Shown: one piece after another, positions 13,541 through 25,612 of the stretch | How positions within the stretch are numbered: position 1 is the stretch's first letter | Layout of the letters: each line of letters starts with the position of its first letter | Assembly (NCBI RefSeq): GCF_000002075.1 | Contig: NW_004798544.1 | Coordinates: 1 to 64,000, forward strand | Direction of reading: 5' to 3' | From: Aplysia californica | Lineage: Eukaryota | Length of the DNA stretch: 64,000 nt | Translations under genes and position numbers: made by a program | The notes under the pieces: generated by a model | The model's database searches: none | Seen by the model: only the letters and a program-made list of their open reading frames with translations | What the model was told of the DNA's origin: nothing

Positions 13541-15499
13541 TACCTGATACATGCCCCGTGAAATCGGTGGAGAACAAAGGGCTGTGGGTAATTGACTGTT
13601 AGTAACGTTACCATAATACATGTACAACACTGTTGCACAGCATGGAAGACATATTCTGTCCAACCTTTCTCTACCAACAATACACCTTTAGGAAAAGAAT
13701 AATAACTGAGGGGGAGTGGGAGGGACAGAGGGGGGCGCATGCTTTTAATCATTTAGGAGGCGGGTTGTTAAGACTCTTTCTGCAGGACCAACCTGGGCTG
13801 AGAGCAGGATACAGCATCCCAGCACAGACAGAAACACTTGATTTAAAAAAAAAAAGACAGAAACGAAAAAAAAAAACCAACCTTCCGTCACTTGGTAATC
13901 GGACCCAGGTTTTCTGATTGTGACGGTGAAGAGCCAACATGTACATGTTTACATGATGTATAATCACAGACACCAGTAACGACCTGTGAGAAGGAGATTT
14001 AGTTTTACTTTTAGTAAGAGTTTTACGGCACTTGCAACTCGCAACACAGTGAGGTCATGTTACATGTATAAGAGCTGAAGATTAGGTTAATAAAGTGTAA
14101 CAATAAACCACACCAGAGAACCTGCAAACCACAAATTGGGCAGGAGGCGGCAGGCACTTCAGTGAACGCGCTCACTATAGCGTGATTTGGCTTCGGAAAG
14201 TCCCATTGAGTTTTGTTTCCGGACATGACGTCTCGTTGAGACAGTGGGTTCAAACTGCACATATTTTTGTTTAATTTAGGGGACTGTCATTCAAGTCCGA
14301 TACATGTCTTCAAAGACCTTTGGATGACCTTCAAAACGGGTTTTTCCAGGTCGTGGTGCGACTAATGAGTCTCGAGATANNNNNNNNNNNNNNNNNNNNN
14401 NNNNNNNNNNNNNNNNNNNNNNNNNNNNNNNNNNNNNNNNNNNNNNNNNNNNNNNNNNNNNNNNNNNNNNNNNNNNNNNTTTTCCAGGTCGTGGTGCGAC
14501 TAATGAGTCTCGAGATATTTAAAGTTGAAAAATAGACAATTTTTAACCATTGATTTTTGATAAATTTTACTGTCATATTTTTTTCAAACTACCCTTGTTG
14601 GTAAACCATTCTTTGTTCTTCCAGAAAACGTTTAAATGGTTATCGTAGAAGTATTACCTTGGCTAGTGTAGTCTTACCCTTTTATCAACCAAATCCGCGA
14701 AAACCTAGCTGAACCCTTCCACCGTGACATCGCGCAGAGTCGTGACGTCACGCATTTTCGCCTTGAGCTTTTGGCTCCCTCTCCTCATTGTTTGAAATGT
14801 ACGAGACAAGGAAATGCATCGCTGAGAGATTTTTAAACTTCAGTTTAAAAAGTTAATAAATTTTTATAATGTTTTATAATAACTGACTTTACATTGTGCC
14901 TTAGTTCATTCGATGGTATTAAGAAAACGAGACTTTTTCGACCAAAGTATTTCCTTTTCACTGAGCTCCCCCCCCTCCTTTTTTACCCTGCCCAAAGCCT
15001 TTCTTCATTGCGGATTGCGTAGGGCCTAGATCTAGTATGAAGAGTCCGGACTCGTGTTGTTAGCACAGTCAAAATTAAATTGACTATCAAAGTATCTGAT
15101 GCAATTATTTGCTCTTTGATAAAGTTTATTAGGTCTATTGTTAGTACTGATCCAGATTTTCTTTCTTTTCTGTCGCATGAACAAGAACGAAAAATGCTAT
15201 GTACTGGAATGTGNNNNNNNNNNNNNNNNNNNNNNNNNNNNNNNNNNNNNNNNNNNNNNNNNNNNNNNNNNNNNNNNNNNNNNNNNNNNNNNNNNNNNNN
15301 NNNNNNNNNNNNNNNNNNNNNNNNNNNNNNNNNNNNNNNNNNNNNNNNNNNNNNNNNNNNNNNNNNNNNNNNNNNNNNNNNNNNNNNNNNNNNNNNCTCA
15401 CGGTATTAGCAGTGTAAGCATATTACTCTTTTCCATTGACGAAACAACCTTGAAGAAAGATGCCAGTTGTAACAAAGTGAGCACTTTTTCTCCTCAGTT

Positions 15500-18480
15500 C
15501 TTACTTTACCTCACCTTTTCCTTCCTGTGGTATCCTTAGGATGTCGAGGGGAGGTACAGGTTTCGGCGTTTGTGATAGAATGTTAATTAGTTATATTGTT
15601 CCAGGACCTTTTTAACCCCATCCAGTCAGGTCTTTCTTGGTCCTCCTCTTGATTTATAGCCAGATTCGCGGGTGTTGTAAGCTTTAGCCGCTAGTTGTTT
15701 CTGGGGCATTCAGGTTAGATGTCCGAACCATTTGACTCTTTGACGCTCTAATAAATTTACGACTGGTAGACGTATGGTCTCGTTCCTTATGCGGTCTCCT
15801 CTGGTGACGTTGGGGGTTTTGTGGAGACACCTAATTTCGCGTGCATCGATTTTTCTTTCTCATGCCTTGTTTAGAGACCGTGTTTGGCACTGGTATGTTA
15901 ATGTTGGTATGAAGATTCTATTGATGAGCTAGGATTTTACTTCAGTTGGGCTGTTCTTGTGACTGAGAAGGGGTGCTAGCTGGTAGGTCACTGCATTTGC
16001 CTTCATAGTTCTTGTTTCTTTTTCTTTGTCCATACGCCCATCTAGTGTGAAGATGCTTCCCAAATATTTAAATTCCTCTACTTGTTGGAGTTGTGTTCCG
16101 TCAATAAAGATGTTGAGTCTCCCTGTTTTTATTCTAGCCTTCAGTACTTCTGTTTTTGAAATAGAGATTTTCATGTTTAGGTGTATACATTCCTCATTAA
16201 TTAATTTTGTGGTGTTTTTTGTGATTCCTCTTCATCTGTGTTAAATGTACTCTGGTCATCAGCAAATAGAAGCTCATTCAGTTAATTGATTTTGTCATTT
16301 GCCTCTTTCGTGATCTTATTCATTTAAGTGATGAAGAGAAGCGGAGAGAGAACACACCCTTGTCTCACCCCAGACCTGATGGGGAACCAGTCCGATAGTC
16401 CTTCTGTTGACCTTACGGCACACAGGCTGTTTTTATAAAGTGCCATGATGTTCTCCAGCAATTGTCCTTTTACACCATATTCCTCTAAGACTACCCGCAG
16501 GGGCGGTGCCACTGACTGAAGTATCTTTAGGCCATCTCCAAAGAGACGACATTTCTCGTTCTAATGCCCAATAGAATTGTAAAAGGGCTGATCGAACAAT
16601 GTCATGCTCATAACTGTGCCTGAACTACAACAGGGAACTGAGGCTTTTTCTTTCTTAATCCTTACTATTGTCATTTTCCTCTACTTCTTTTGTATGTTTG
16701 TCACACTCTTGTGACCCGCTGTATCCGGTGTGCCTTGACAGTCGAAGCAGACTTTGTGCTGTTGAAGCTATAGAGGTGAGCAGAGAAGTCCCTGTAAGGA
16801 CTTCTCTGTTGACACCCACCCCTTGGTGCTCATATGACCTTATGCAGTTGCCAGTGCCGTAAACCCTCTACTAAAACCTCTGAGACGTCCCAAAGTTGAC
16901 ATCTGTTTACCCTGTCGAACGCCTTTTAGTGGTCCACGAAGACGATATTGAGGTCTTGTCATGTTCAATGGTAGTCAGTCTCACACAACTGTCCGAATGC
17001 AAAAAAAGCGTCAGTACAGCCCCTGCCTTTTCTAAAGCCAAACTAGGATTCATTGAGTTGAGTCTCTACAATTGGTCTCATTCTCATTTTCAGTATCTTG
17101 GCAAACGTTATATCCACATGGCTGAGAAGGGATTTTCCTCTGTAGGCTCTGTGTTGTTTTTGTCGTCCAGGCCAGGTGAAATATCCTCCATAACCCGAGT
17201 TCTCCGATGTGGCCGTATAGTTAGATCTCTTCTGCTGTGATGCTTTTAACGCCAATCGCTTTGTTTGTGGGGCTATTCTTTAAAACATGTTGGGTTTCAC
17301 TCAGCAGTAGTGATGGTTCTGGAGTGGTTTCTTTCGATGAGAAGCTGTTTGCTGTTGTTTCTGCTGTAGGATTCAGCAGCTCTTGGAAATAGCGTTTCCA
17401 TCTTTCCTTAATCTTTGGCTGTCTGAAAATAGGTTTTCCGTTCGCATCATTGACTATTTCAGTTGGGTTGAATGGTTCTTCCCGCATCCTCATGCTTTTT
17501 TTACTCTCTTGTAAAACTAAAACTCTCAAGGTCCTTCTTTACGTTTTGTCACCAGCTGTTCTCCATATATACTGTCCAGGATCTGTTCTTAGCTTCTTTA
17601 ACTACCCTTGATGTTTAGCGGCGTTCCTTTCTGTATAGGATGTAATCTTCCTGTCTTTGATTTCTGCCACTTTTTGAATGCCTTTTTCTTCAGCTGGATG
17701 GCTTCCTTCTCATGGTCATTCCACCATATACATGTAGTTGTTTTCTTTTTCTGGCCTCTTGTTTTCCTGATGCCGCACTCTTCTTTAAATGCTCTGTTCA
17801 CACATGCTTTGAAGTGGCTCCATTCTTCTTCAATGTCTCCCAGTTGTTTGGGAAATTTGTGAAATACATCTTTCAAACGTTCAGGTATCTTATCTTTGGT
17901 ATTGTCATTTATGTTTCTGAGATTTACGACTTCTCGTCGTTTCTTTGCTTCTGACCTTTTCCTGCTTGGTGTGTCAATAGTCATGATGACTGGTCTGTGG
18001 TCAGTGTCTGTGATATAGATGGGAATCACTCTTGAGTCTCTGATTTTTCTCAGTTTCGATCTTTTGGCCCGGATAAAATCAATTTGTGATACTATCTTTA
18101 GGTCATTCCATTTGATTTGTACCAAGTTTTAACTTGACTCCCTTTGTGTTGGAAGAAAGTATTTGATATGACGAGGTCATGTTTTGCGCAAAACTGTAAT
18201 AGCATTTCTCCATTGCTGTTTTGATCTGTTTCTCTGTCACTGTTTGGCCTCATGTATCTCTCCCACCGTCTTCCTTGTTTCCACTCTGCCGTTTAAGTCC
18301 CCGATGATTGTCACATTATCTTTGTCATCCACGGTGTTTAAAAGGTCACTCAGTTGATCATAGAAGTGATGTCGCTGTTCTTCGGGGTATGAGTCATTGC
18401 ATGGTGCATATATCGGTATTTGATGACCCTCAGTAATGATCATATTCTATGGTGATTTCCCGCTTTACACCATACTCGTT
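15500..18480 (-). mobile_element. Decayed RTE-clade non-LTR retrotransposon (APE endonuclease + RT), 5'-truncated
   Basis: Fragments IYAP...FYDQL...IIGDLNGRV, NSNGEMLLQFC..HDLVISNTFFQHK, SQIDFI, TDHRPV (APE). Then VFVDH*KAFDRV, GVRQGCVLSPLLF, LLFADD, EEFKYLGS (RT) and the C-terminal KWFGHL..M. Many stops and frameshifts. Confidence 0.9.
16492..16876 (+). mobile_element. Short retroposon (family B) inserted into the RTE RT domain
   Basis: Flanked by a 10-bp TSD CCTCT(A/G)AGAC (16482-16491 / 16877-16886). Removing it restores ...QLWDVLEEYGV... Its 3' part matches 30690-30895. Confidence 0.8.
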
Positions 18481-21324
18481 GAATTTTTTTCATATTCTTC
18501 AAGTCTGTGTTATGCTTTTTTAGTTTAGTTTTAGCTTGGGTTGAACAGCACTTGAAACACAGATAGGTCATATAAGCCCCGAAGATTAGAGGTGTTACAA
18601 GAGAGTAACATACACAGAAAAGAACGAGGACAGAGTAGGACGACTGATCGTTAATAGGAAAAAAAGGAGCAAACTACACCCCAGAGCACCCGCCAACCTC
18701 CTGTTTGAGTTATGCATGTAAGATTGAAACTGCTTTCAATTTTAATCAGTTTCTCCCAATAGCAAGTTAAAGAACTCTTTAAAACAAAATGAGTGATGTT
18801 TTTCTTTTGAAAATCGGACCATTATTATGGAAAGTGTGCCGGTTTCTTTATTTGGACAATAGGCATCGGACTCCCGACGTCACGATTATGACGTAATTAA
18901 ACGGTAAATAGACTTTTTCTCTTAATGTACTTGACTTTTATTTTTTATATATTGATTCTACAAATAACAACAAACAAAATGATACGTCAATGGTCACGAT
19001 ACAACTATTATAAACGACATTATGACGTTTTGAAGCAAAATTTGGAAGTTTGGTGGCACAAAACGCAGTGCAAAAATTTGGCCAAATCAGGGCGAAAATA
19101 GATTTACAAAAATGGTCGCTGCTTCTGAACTAACAAAGATAGCACAAACATTTAGAAAGCTCTGAAAACAGAAAGCCAGGCTCTTTCCTATAGTCCTAAT
19201 TTTAGTGCCCTTGGAGAAGTTTGAAAATTTCACTGAAGTGCCTAGGGGAACCTTATAAGATATCTGCTCAAGGTATATTGTTGGTACATAAATTGCAACG
19301 TTGATGTGAATATAAAAAGTCTCCGATTTTTGCAATAAAATTTGTTATCGTGAAAGTTCTCTCTCCTGAACAATGGATAGGATTTNNNNNNNNNNNNNNN
19401 NNNNNNNNNNNNNNNNNNNNNNNNNNNNNNNNNNNNNNNNNNNNNNNNNNNNNNNNNNNNNNNNNNNNNNNNNNNNNNNNNNNNNNNNNNNNNNNNNNNN
19501 NNNNNNNNNNNNNNNNNNNNNNNNNNNNNNNNNNNNNNNNNNNNNNNNNNNNNNNNNNNNNCTCATCTACCCTACATGTATTTAAAACAGGAAAATCCGA
19601 TTTCATTGCGCCAAACCGCCACCAGTTCACGCAGTGAACTCCGGTCCATAGAAAGGTCGGTGCCATTTATTCCTCCACCGATGGCACATGTGTCTTGTAA
19701 ACATAAAAATAGAGACGCGTCGCATAATGAAGGCTACAGTGCACTTTAGGCCCACAAATGTTAGGATTTAGGTCAACCAATCAATAAATCAATCAATATG
19801 TTCACTGAGGCAAAAACACATAAATAAGGCTCTACACATATTGTCAATAGTGTTATTTTCCCGCCTGAGGGTGGGGACTTAAACTAAACATACATGTAAC
19901 TGATTCTTCCCAATTACAAAAAGACAAGAATAAAAACGCGTTCTCATTCTGAGATGGAGGCACGAGTCGTTTATAATGTGTGGGCTAGGCCTAAGTGAGA
20001 GTAAGAGGGTGGGGGGAAGGGGGGATTTTCTGTTGACTGACACGAATATCACACGAGAGCATTTCTTAAAAACCAAATTCGTTACCAGTAACCTACTACT
20101 ACTACTGGGATCGATTTTGAAGCAAAATTCTATCGAGTTCGTTCACTTTCTCGTGCCGCCAGGTCCCCCCCCCCCCCCCCAATTTATTCTGATGCTGTCT
20201 TTTGGACTGCCCTATTTTGTTGTTGTTGCATACTACTACGGCATTTTATTTTAACTGACCCTAGGATTTTCATCTCTTTTAATCTGTGAAACCTTTGGGT
20301 TTTTTTTTTCAAAACACTGAATACCTTTGATCTGTTTGAAACATCACAGGATTCATTTGAAAGCCATCGATTTCAATGTACAAGCGTATTCATCTTCACA
20401 GTAATTGATGAATTAGTTTATCATGTATCACATTTTTACGGTTCGAGAATTTGCGTAAGCTAGACACAAAACCAATGACGGCTTTGATTTTCGCAATTTC
20501 TCAGGGCAAAAATAGTTCCTGAAGGTCAAATAATAATAGCATCCAACCCTCATTGCACATTGTAGCATGTGTGTTCAAATTCCTAGCGGATTTTGTCAAG
20601 AGATAAGTGAGATATGGCACTGCAAGCGTGGATACGAAAAAAGTAAAAAGTAAGCAGGTTGTAGACCAAAAAAAACGCACAGCACCCTCTAGGCTGTCAT
20701 CCTCTTTTTTTTCTGATTTCTTCTACTTCTAGGTCTGCGCTATTTTAAGCCAGACGAGAGTTGTTAACTAAAATCGCTCGGCCGACCTCCCTGACCGAGT
20801 TTCTGTACTCAGTCTGTCGCTGTATGGCTTGCTTGGAAGGCTGCCAACTGCCAACAAAACACGATACTCTGTACAGCAGGGATTGGGGATGCCCTCCTCG
20901 CCACGCAACTCCCGTCGATGAAAAACATCGACAAGCTAAAACATACAAAAATATTTCATTCAGAGCACTCCGCTAACATGAACAAACAACCCCCTGCGCT
21001 CGATCGTGTGTTGTGGTGTGGTGCGGTGCGGTGCTGCACTTCCTCGTTTGTCGTACACTTATGTTATGTTGTGTTGTGTTGTGCACGTTACGGTGATGCA
21101 CAGATCACACAGCTGTGACAGTCAGTGTTGTTGTTACGAGAGTGGTATGAATTGCTTGCGTTGACGTCAGGCTGTTTATGTGTTGTGACCTTACCGTATG
21201 AATGATGATGAATTGACTGCGCCCCTCCCTTCTCCTCCCCCTCCACAGACCTCCACAACACACATTGGTGCCTGTGGGGTCATGATTTTGCTCGTCGCCT
21301 CGTAGATCTAACCAAAAGACGTGG

Positions 21325-21478
21325 GTTCTTGGCTAGGCTATACGTTCTTATACTATCTCTCACCGTCTAGGTTCCAGGTTCTTGGCTATACGTTCTTATA
21401 CTATCTCTCACCGTCTAGGTTCCAGGTTCTTGGCTATACGTTCTTATACTATCTCTCACCGTCTAGGTTCCAGGTTCT
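21325..21478. repeat. 48-bp minisatellite running into an N gap
   Basis: About 3 near-identical copies of GGTTCTTGGCTATACGTTCTTATACTATCTCTCACCGTCTAGGTTCCA. Confidence 0.9.
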
Positions 21479-22174
21479 NNNNNNNNNNNNNNNNNNNNNN
21501 NNNNNNNNNNNNNNNNNNNNNNNNNNNNNNNNNNNNNNNNNNNNNNNNNNNNNNNNNNNNNNNNNNNNNNNNNNNNNNNNNNNNNNNNNNNNNNNNNNNN
21601 NNNNNNNNNNNNNNNNNNNNNNNNNNNNNNNNNNNNNNNNNNNNNNNNNNNNNNNNNNNNNNNNNNNNNNNNNNNNNNNNNNNNNNNNNNNNNNNNNNNN
21701 NNNNNNNNNNNNNNNNNNNNNNNNNNNNNNNNNNNNNNNNNNNNNNNNNNNNNNNNNNNNNNNNNNNNNNNNNNNNNNNNNNNNNNNNNNNNNNNNNNNN
21801 NNNNNNNNNNNNNNNNNNNNNNNNNNNNNNNNNNNNNNNNNNNNNNNNNNNNNNNNNNNNNNNNNNNNNNNNNNNNNNNNNNNNNNNNNNNNNNNNNNNN
21901 NNNNNNNNNNNNNNNNNNNNNNNNNNNNNNNNNNNNNNNNNNNNNNNNNNNNNNNNNNNNNNNNNNNNNNNNNNNNNNNNNNNNNNNNNNNNNNNNNNNN
22001 NNNNNNNNNNNNNNNNNNNNNNNNNNNNNNNNNNNNNNNNNNNNNNNNNNNNNNNNNNNNNNNNNNNNNNNNNNNNNNNNNNNNNNNNNNNNNNNNNNNN
22101 NNNNNNNNNNNNNNNNNNNNNNNNNNNNNNNNNNNNNTATATATATATTGTCGAGGAGAACTGTGGTCGCCTTA

Positions 22175-22299
22175 TACGGGGTGCCCACTACAGCTGGATC
22201 GGGCCGATCGCCCAACTCAATCGCCTGAAACTGAAAACAAACACGTTTGTTTTTAAAGCGATCGAGTCGGGCGATCCCATCCGTAGTGGGCACCCCGTA
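22175..22299. mobile_element. PIF/Harbinger-like MITE
   Basis: Perfect 17-bp TIR TACGGGGTGCCCACTAC; TTA TSD at 22172-22174 and 22300-22302. Confidence 0.7.
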
Positions 22300-24372
22300 T
22301 TACAGTCACAGTATAAGGCCTACACAATGTTGGAAATATGCAAGAGAAGCGTGTTTGTGCTAATATAACAAGTGGCCGTTTCCACAGGCGATTGTCTTAT
22401 ACAGGTGGCCCATAAAAGCAGGTTCAACTCTGATATCTCAGTAGAAAGACCGAGATACTCGATAAGAATTATCCCCATTCGGGAATCGAACTCGAGTCCA
22501 CTGCGAATGATAACAAGGCGCCTAACCGGCTACACTATAGGCCTAGACGCCGTCAGAGTTCAGGATAATGACAGAGGATGTTGTACTGTTATAAAGTAAC
22601 AATATAATTTATACACTCAACACGAGAGCATAGCATTTCTTCAGATTGCCGAAAACACGGTCGTCACTCGTCACCTCTCTGCACTGAAGGCACTGAAGGT
22701 CAGAACACGATCCGGATCAGTAGTGTATTGGACTTCGTACTCAAGAATCAGAAAGACCTGGCAGGAATACATGATGTAGCCTATCCTAGATGCAGGATTC
22801 CAGCACATTGCACTGCCAAGAACACAATAGTTACTAAGAGGACGCAAGAAATTAAGACATTTCTAACATTAACAGTAACTTGAGTAACACATACGCGGGG
22901 AGGGGACCGAGAAAGAAGAAAACCCCATTCTCTGAAGCGAAACAGAAAAACTTTTTAAAAGGAATACCGGTACCTTACTTTACAATTTTTAAACTAACAG
23001 TACTAACACTACTTATACTTAGAACTTTTATGTGTGCTGTACTATTCCCAAAATGGTAGCTTGAAAAAAGCTTTAAAAAACCCCAAACCCAACAACAAAC
23101 AAACAAAACAGCATCAAAAACCCTTCCTACATAACATTATGATTATACAATGTACCCACCGTCGGCACAATAATCGAAAAGTAGGCTACAATATGTCATG
23201 GACCTGAGCTAACGACCCGAGTTTAATTCTCATTTTGTTTTTGCTTTCTTAATTTAGGTTTTTGGGGCGGGCAACTTTCAAAAGTCGTACATGTATTTTT
23301 TTTTTTCCTTGCGTCCTAAGTGAAAGAATATTATCCACTTGTTGTGGTAGATCTACATGTAGGCTACAAGTTGGTTGCTTTTTAAAAATTTAAAGTTATT
23401 TTGTATAAAAGTTATACATGTTCCAAAGAGTGGACAGTGGATCATTGACAAAAGTGCTCTGGTGTGTTTGCCCCTTCTTTCCTATCATTACAGCTTACAA
23501 AATTGTTGGTTGTTGTTTCTCTTGTAACAGACCTCTGATCTTCGGCACTAATGTGAATGTGACCTTATTGCGCTACAAGTGCTGTAAAGCTCTTTTTAAA
23601 AATCCAGGGCATATTACCTGTTTGTGTAGGCCTATACCGTATACGTTCCAGGTTCTGGAGCACCGAGACGGGTTTGAGTGAGACAAGAAGTTGGCCACAG
23701 TCACAGTGTGCTATACATGTGTAGCCTAGCCTACATGTACACGTATAAAAACAAACANNNNNNNNNNNNNNNNNNNNNNNNNNNNNNNNNNNNNNNNNNN
23801 NNNNNNNNNNNNNNNNNNNNNNNNNNNNNNNNNNNNNNNNNNNNNNNNNNNNNNNNNNNNNNNNNNNNNNNNNNNNNNNNNNNNNNNNNNNNNNNNNNNT
23901 TGGTATATGTATGTATAGTAAAGTATGTTTACATTCATGTATGTGTATGTGTTTATTTTTAAGTGTTTATTGTGATAAATATATAGGGCCTAGTACATGT
24001 ACTTGTATTTTATATGTACAAACTCAACAAAGATTCCAAAGAAGACCCGGATACAAACTCAACAGCAACGCCATTGCCAAGAGTCAAGAGGCAAAGGGCA
24101 CCGTTTTGTTTACAAACATAAGTCGTGTTCTCAGTGAGAAAGCCACACGGATCAATCTACAACAATACTCCAACATGATAAATATAACATGCACTTTTTT
24201 GTTTTGTTTTGGAACCTTTGGACTTTCGACATGGACTTGTTGATGCACGACGTGTGTCAGACTTTCGTGTGCGAGAACCGAAACAAAACACGGAGGAGGG
24301 GGAAGGAGGTTGGAAGCGACCCAAACAAAGCGGGCAGTGGGTCGATGTCGATAGGAGGAGTGCCGAGTGCTG

Positions 24373-24405
<33 letters not shown>

Positions 24406-25254
24406 TGTGCAAGGGGGGGGGGGGGGGGGGACGCGCACTTTGCCAAAATCATTTCACTCTGCGTAGTGCGTTCTTTCTTCCCTGGCCTTCAATCTTTTTT
24501 CTGGGTTGCTAAGCAAGGGAAAACGAAGGTGTTCTACGGTATTGTTGTTTTGAGGTTTAGACAACACCTGCAACACAAACACACATATATAGGTCATATC
24601 GTAGGCCTAGATTAGAGGGTTTGCTATTATTTACAACTAGTAACTAGTACTAAAGAATAACGTGGAGAGGGGATGAAGTTTTAGTTTTAGTAAAATTTTA
24701 ACGGCATTTGCAACACAATAAAAAAAAGGTCATGTGTCGAAGATTAGATCTAGAGGTGTTACAAGAGAGTAACAGTAACAAACACAAAAAAGGAGGAGAG
24801 ATAAGGACGATAGATCATGTTTGAATAGGAAAGAAGAAGAAGCAAACCCCACCATAGCATCCGAGGGATTTTACTTTTTAGAGATAGAGAGAAGAAGAAA
24901 TAAACGTACAACTACCAGTACGCCTGCCAACCACCCACGGTTTTGTTGTGATGAAAGGCATGCTTCTCATCTTATGCAAGTTAGCATTTTTTTAACATAA
25001 TATAATGTTCATCATGTACTGCATACCATAATACAACACAGCACTTGAAATGTTTATGTTTTGTGCGCTCGGAAGAACAGAACAGGGAGGTACTTGACTG
25101 TACTGTACGGAAGTACGATATGATGTGGACTGGACTGCCAAGTGGGTTGGGGAGTTTTGTTCACAACTAACTCCACAACACAAGATAAAGTAGATAATTA
25201 TAATACTACTTGTAGTTGTACATGTAGTAATAAGTAGGCCTACTCTTCTTACCA

Positions 25255-25480
25255 GCGTCTGTGGTAAAGCGGAGAGGCGCCTTGCCCTCACGGGTAGAAG
25301 TAGACCCGATATTTCGATTCCCGGATAGGGAGAACTTTTTATCGAGTGTCTCAGTCTTGCCACTGGGACGTTGTACCTTCTCTCTGTCTCCGTGTGGACT
25401 AGGCCATATTATATATCAGGCAGGATCGAAGCCAGCCTCCTAAATGATATAAATTATGTCGATGAGGGCGTAAAACACCT
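25255..25480 (+). mobile_element. tRNA-derived SINE (family C), representative copy
   Basis: Family head GGCGTCTGTGGTGTAGCGGTTAG (A box)...GTTCGATTCC (B box), ending in a GCCTCC..TGA..GTCGA..GAGGGCGTAAAA tail. Related copies at approximately 1920-2110(-), 2290-2640(-), 3590-3810(-), 4340-4510(+), 4785-5005(-), 5590-5760(+), 7650-7760(-), 8683-8870(+), 13740-13975(-), 22440-22555(-) and 26440-26540(-). Confidence 0.8.
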
Positions 25481-25556
25481 TAAATTAAAAAGGCATCCGA
25501 ACCGCAATCGCCTGCAATACAATCTAACACGATATCACCAACTGGATTACTGAATT

Positions 25557-25612
<56 letters not shown>

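Noticed and set aside
21325-22137. 48-bp repeats and long ORFs as a CRISPR array or repeat protein
   Set aside because: The units are contiguous and near-identical with no spacers, the ORFs stay open only through Ns, and the context is eukaryotic
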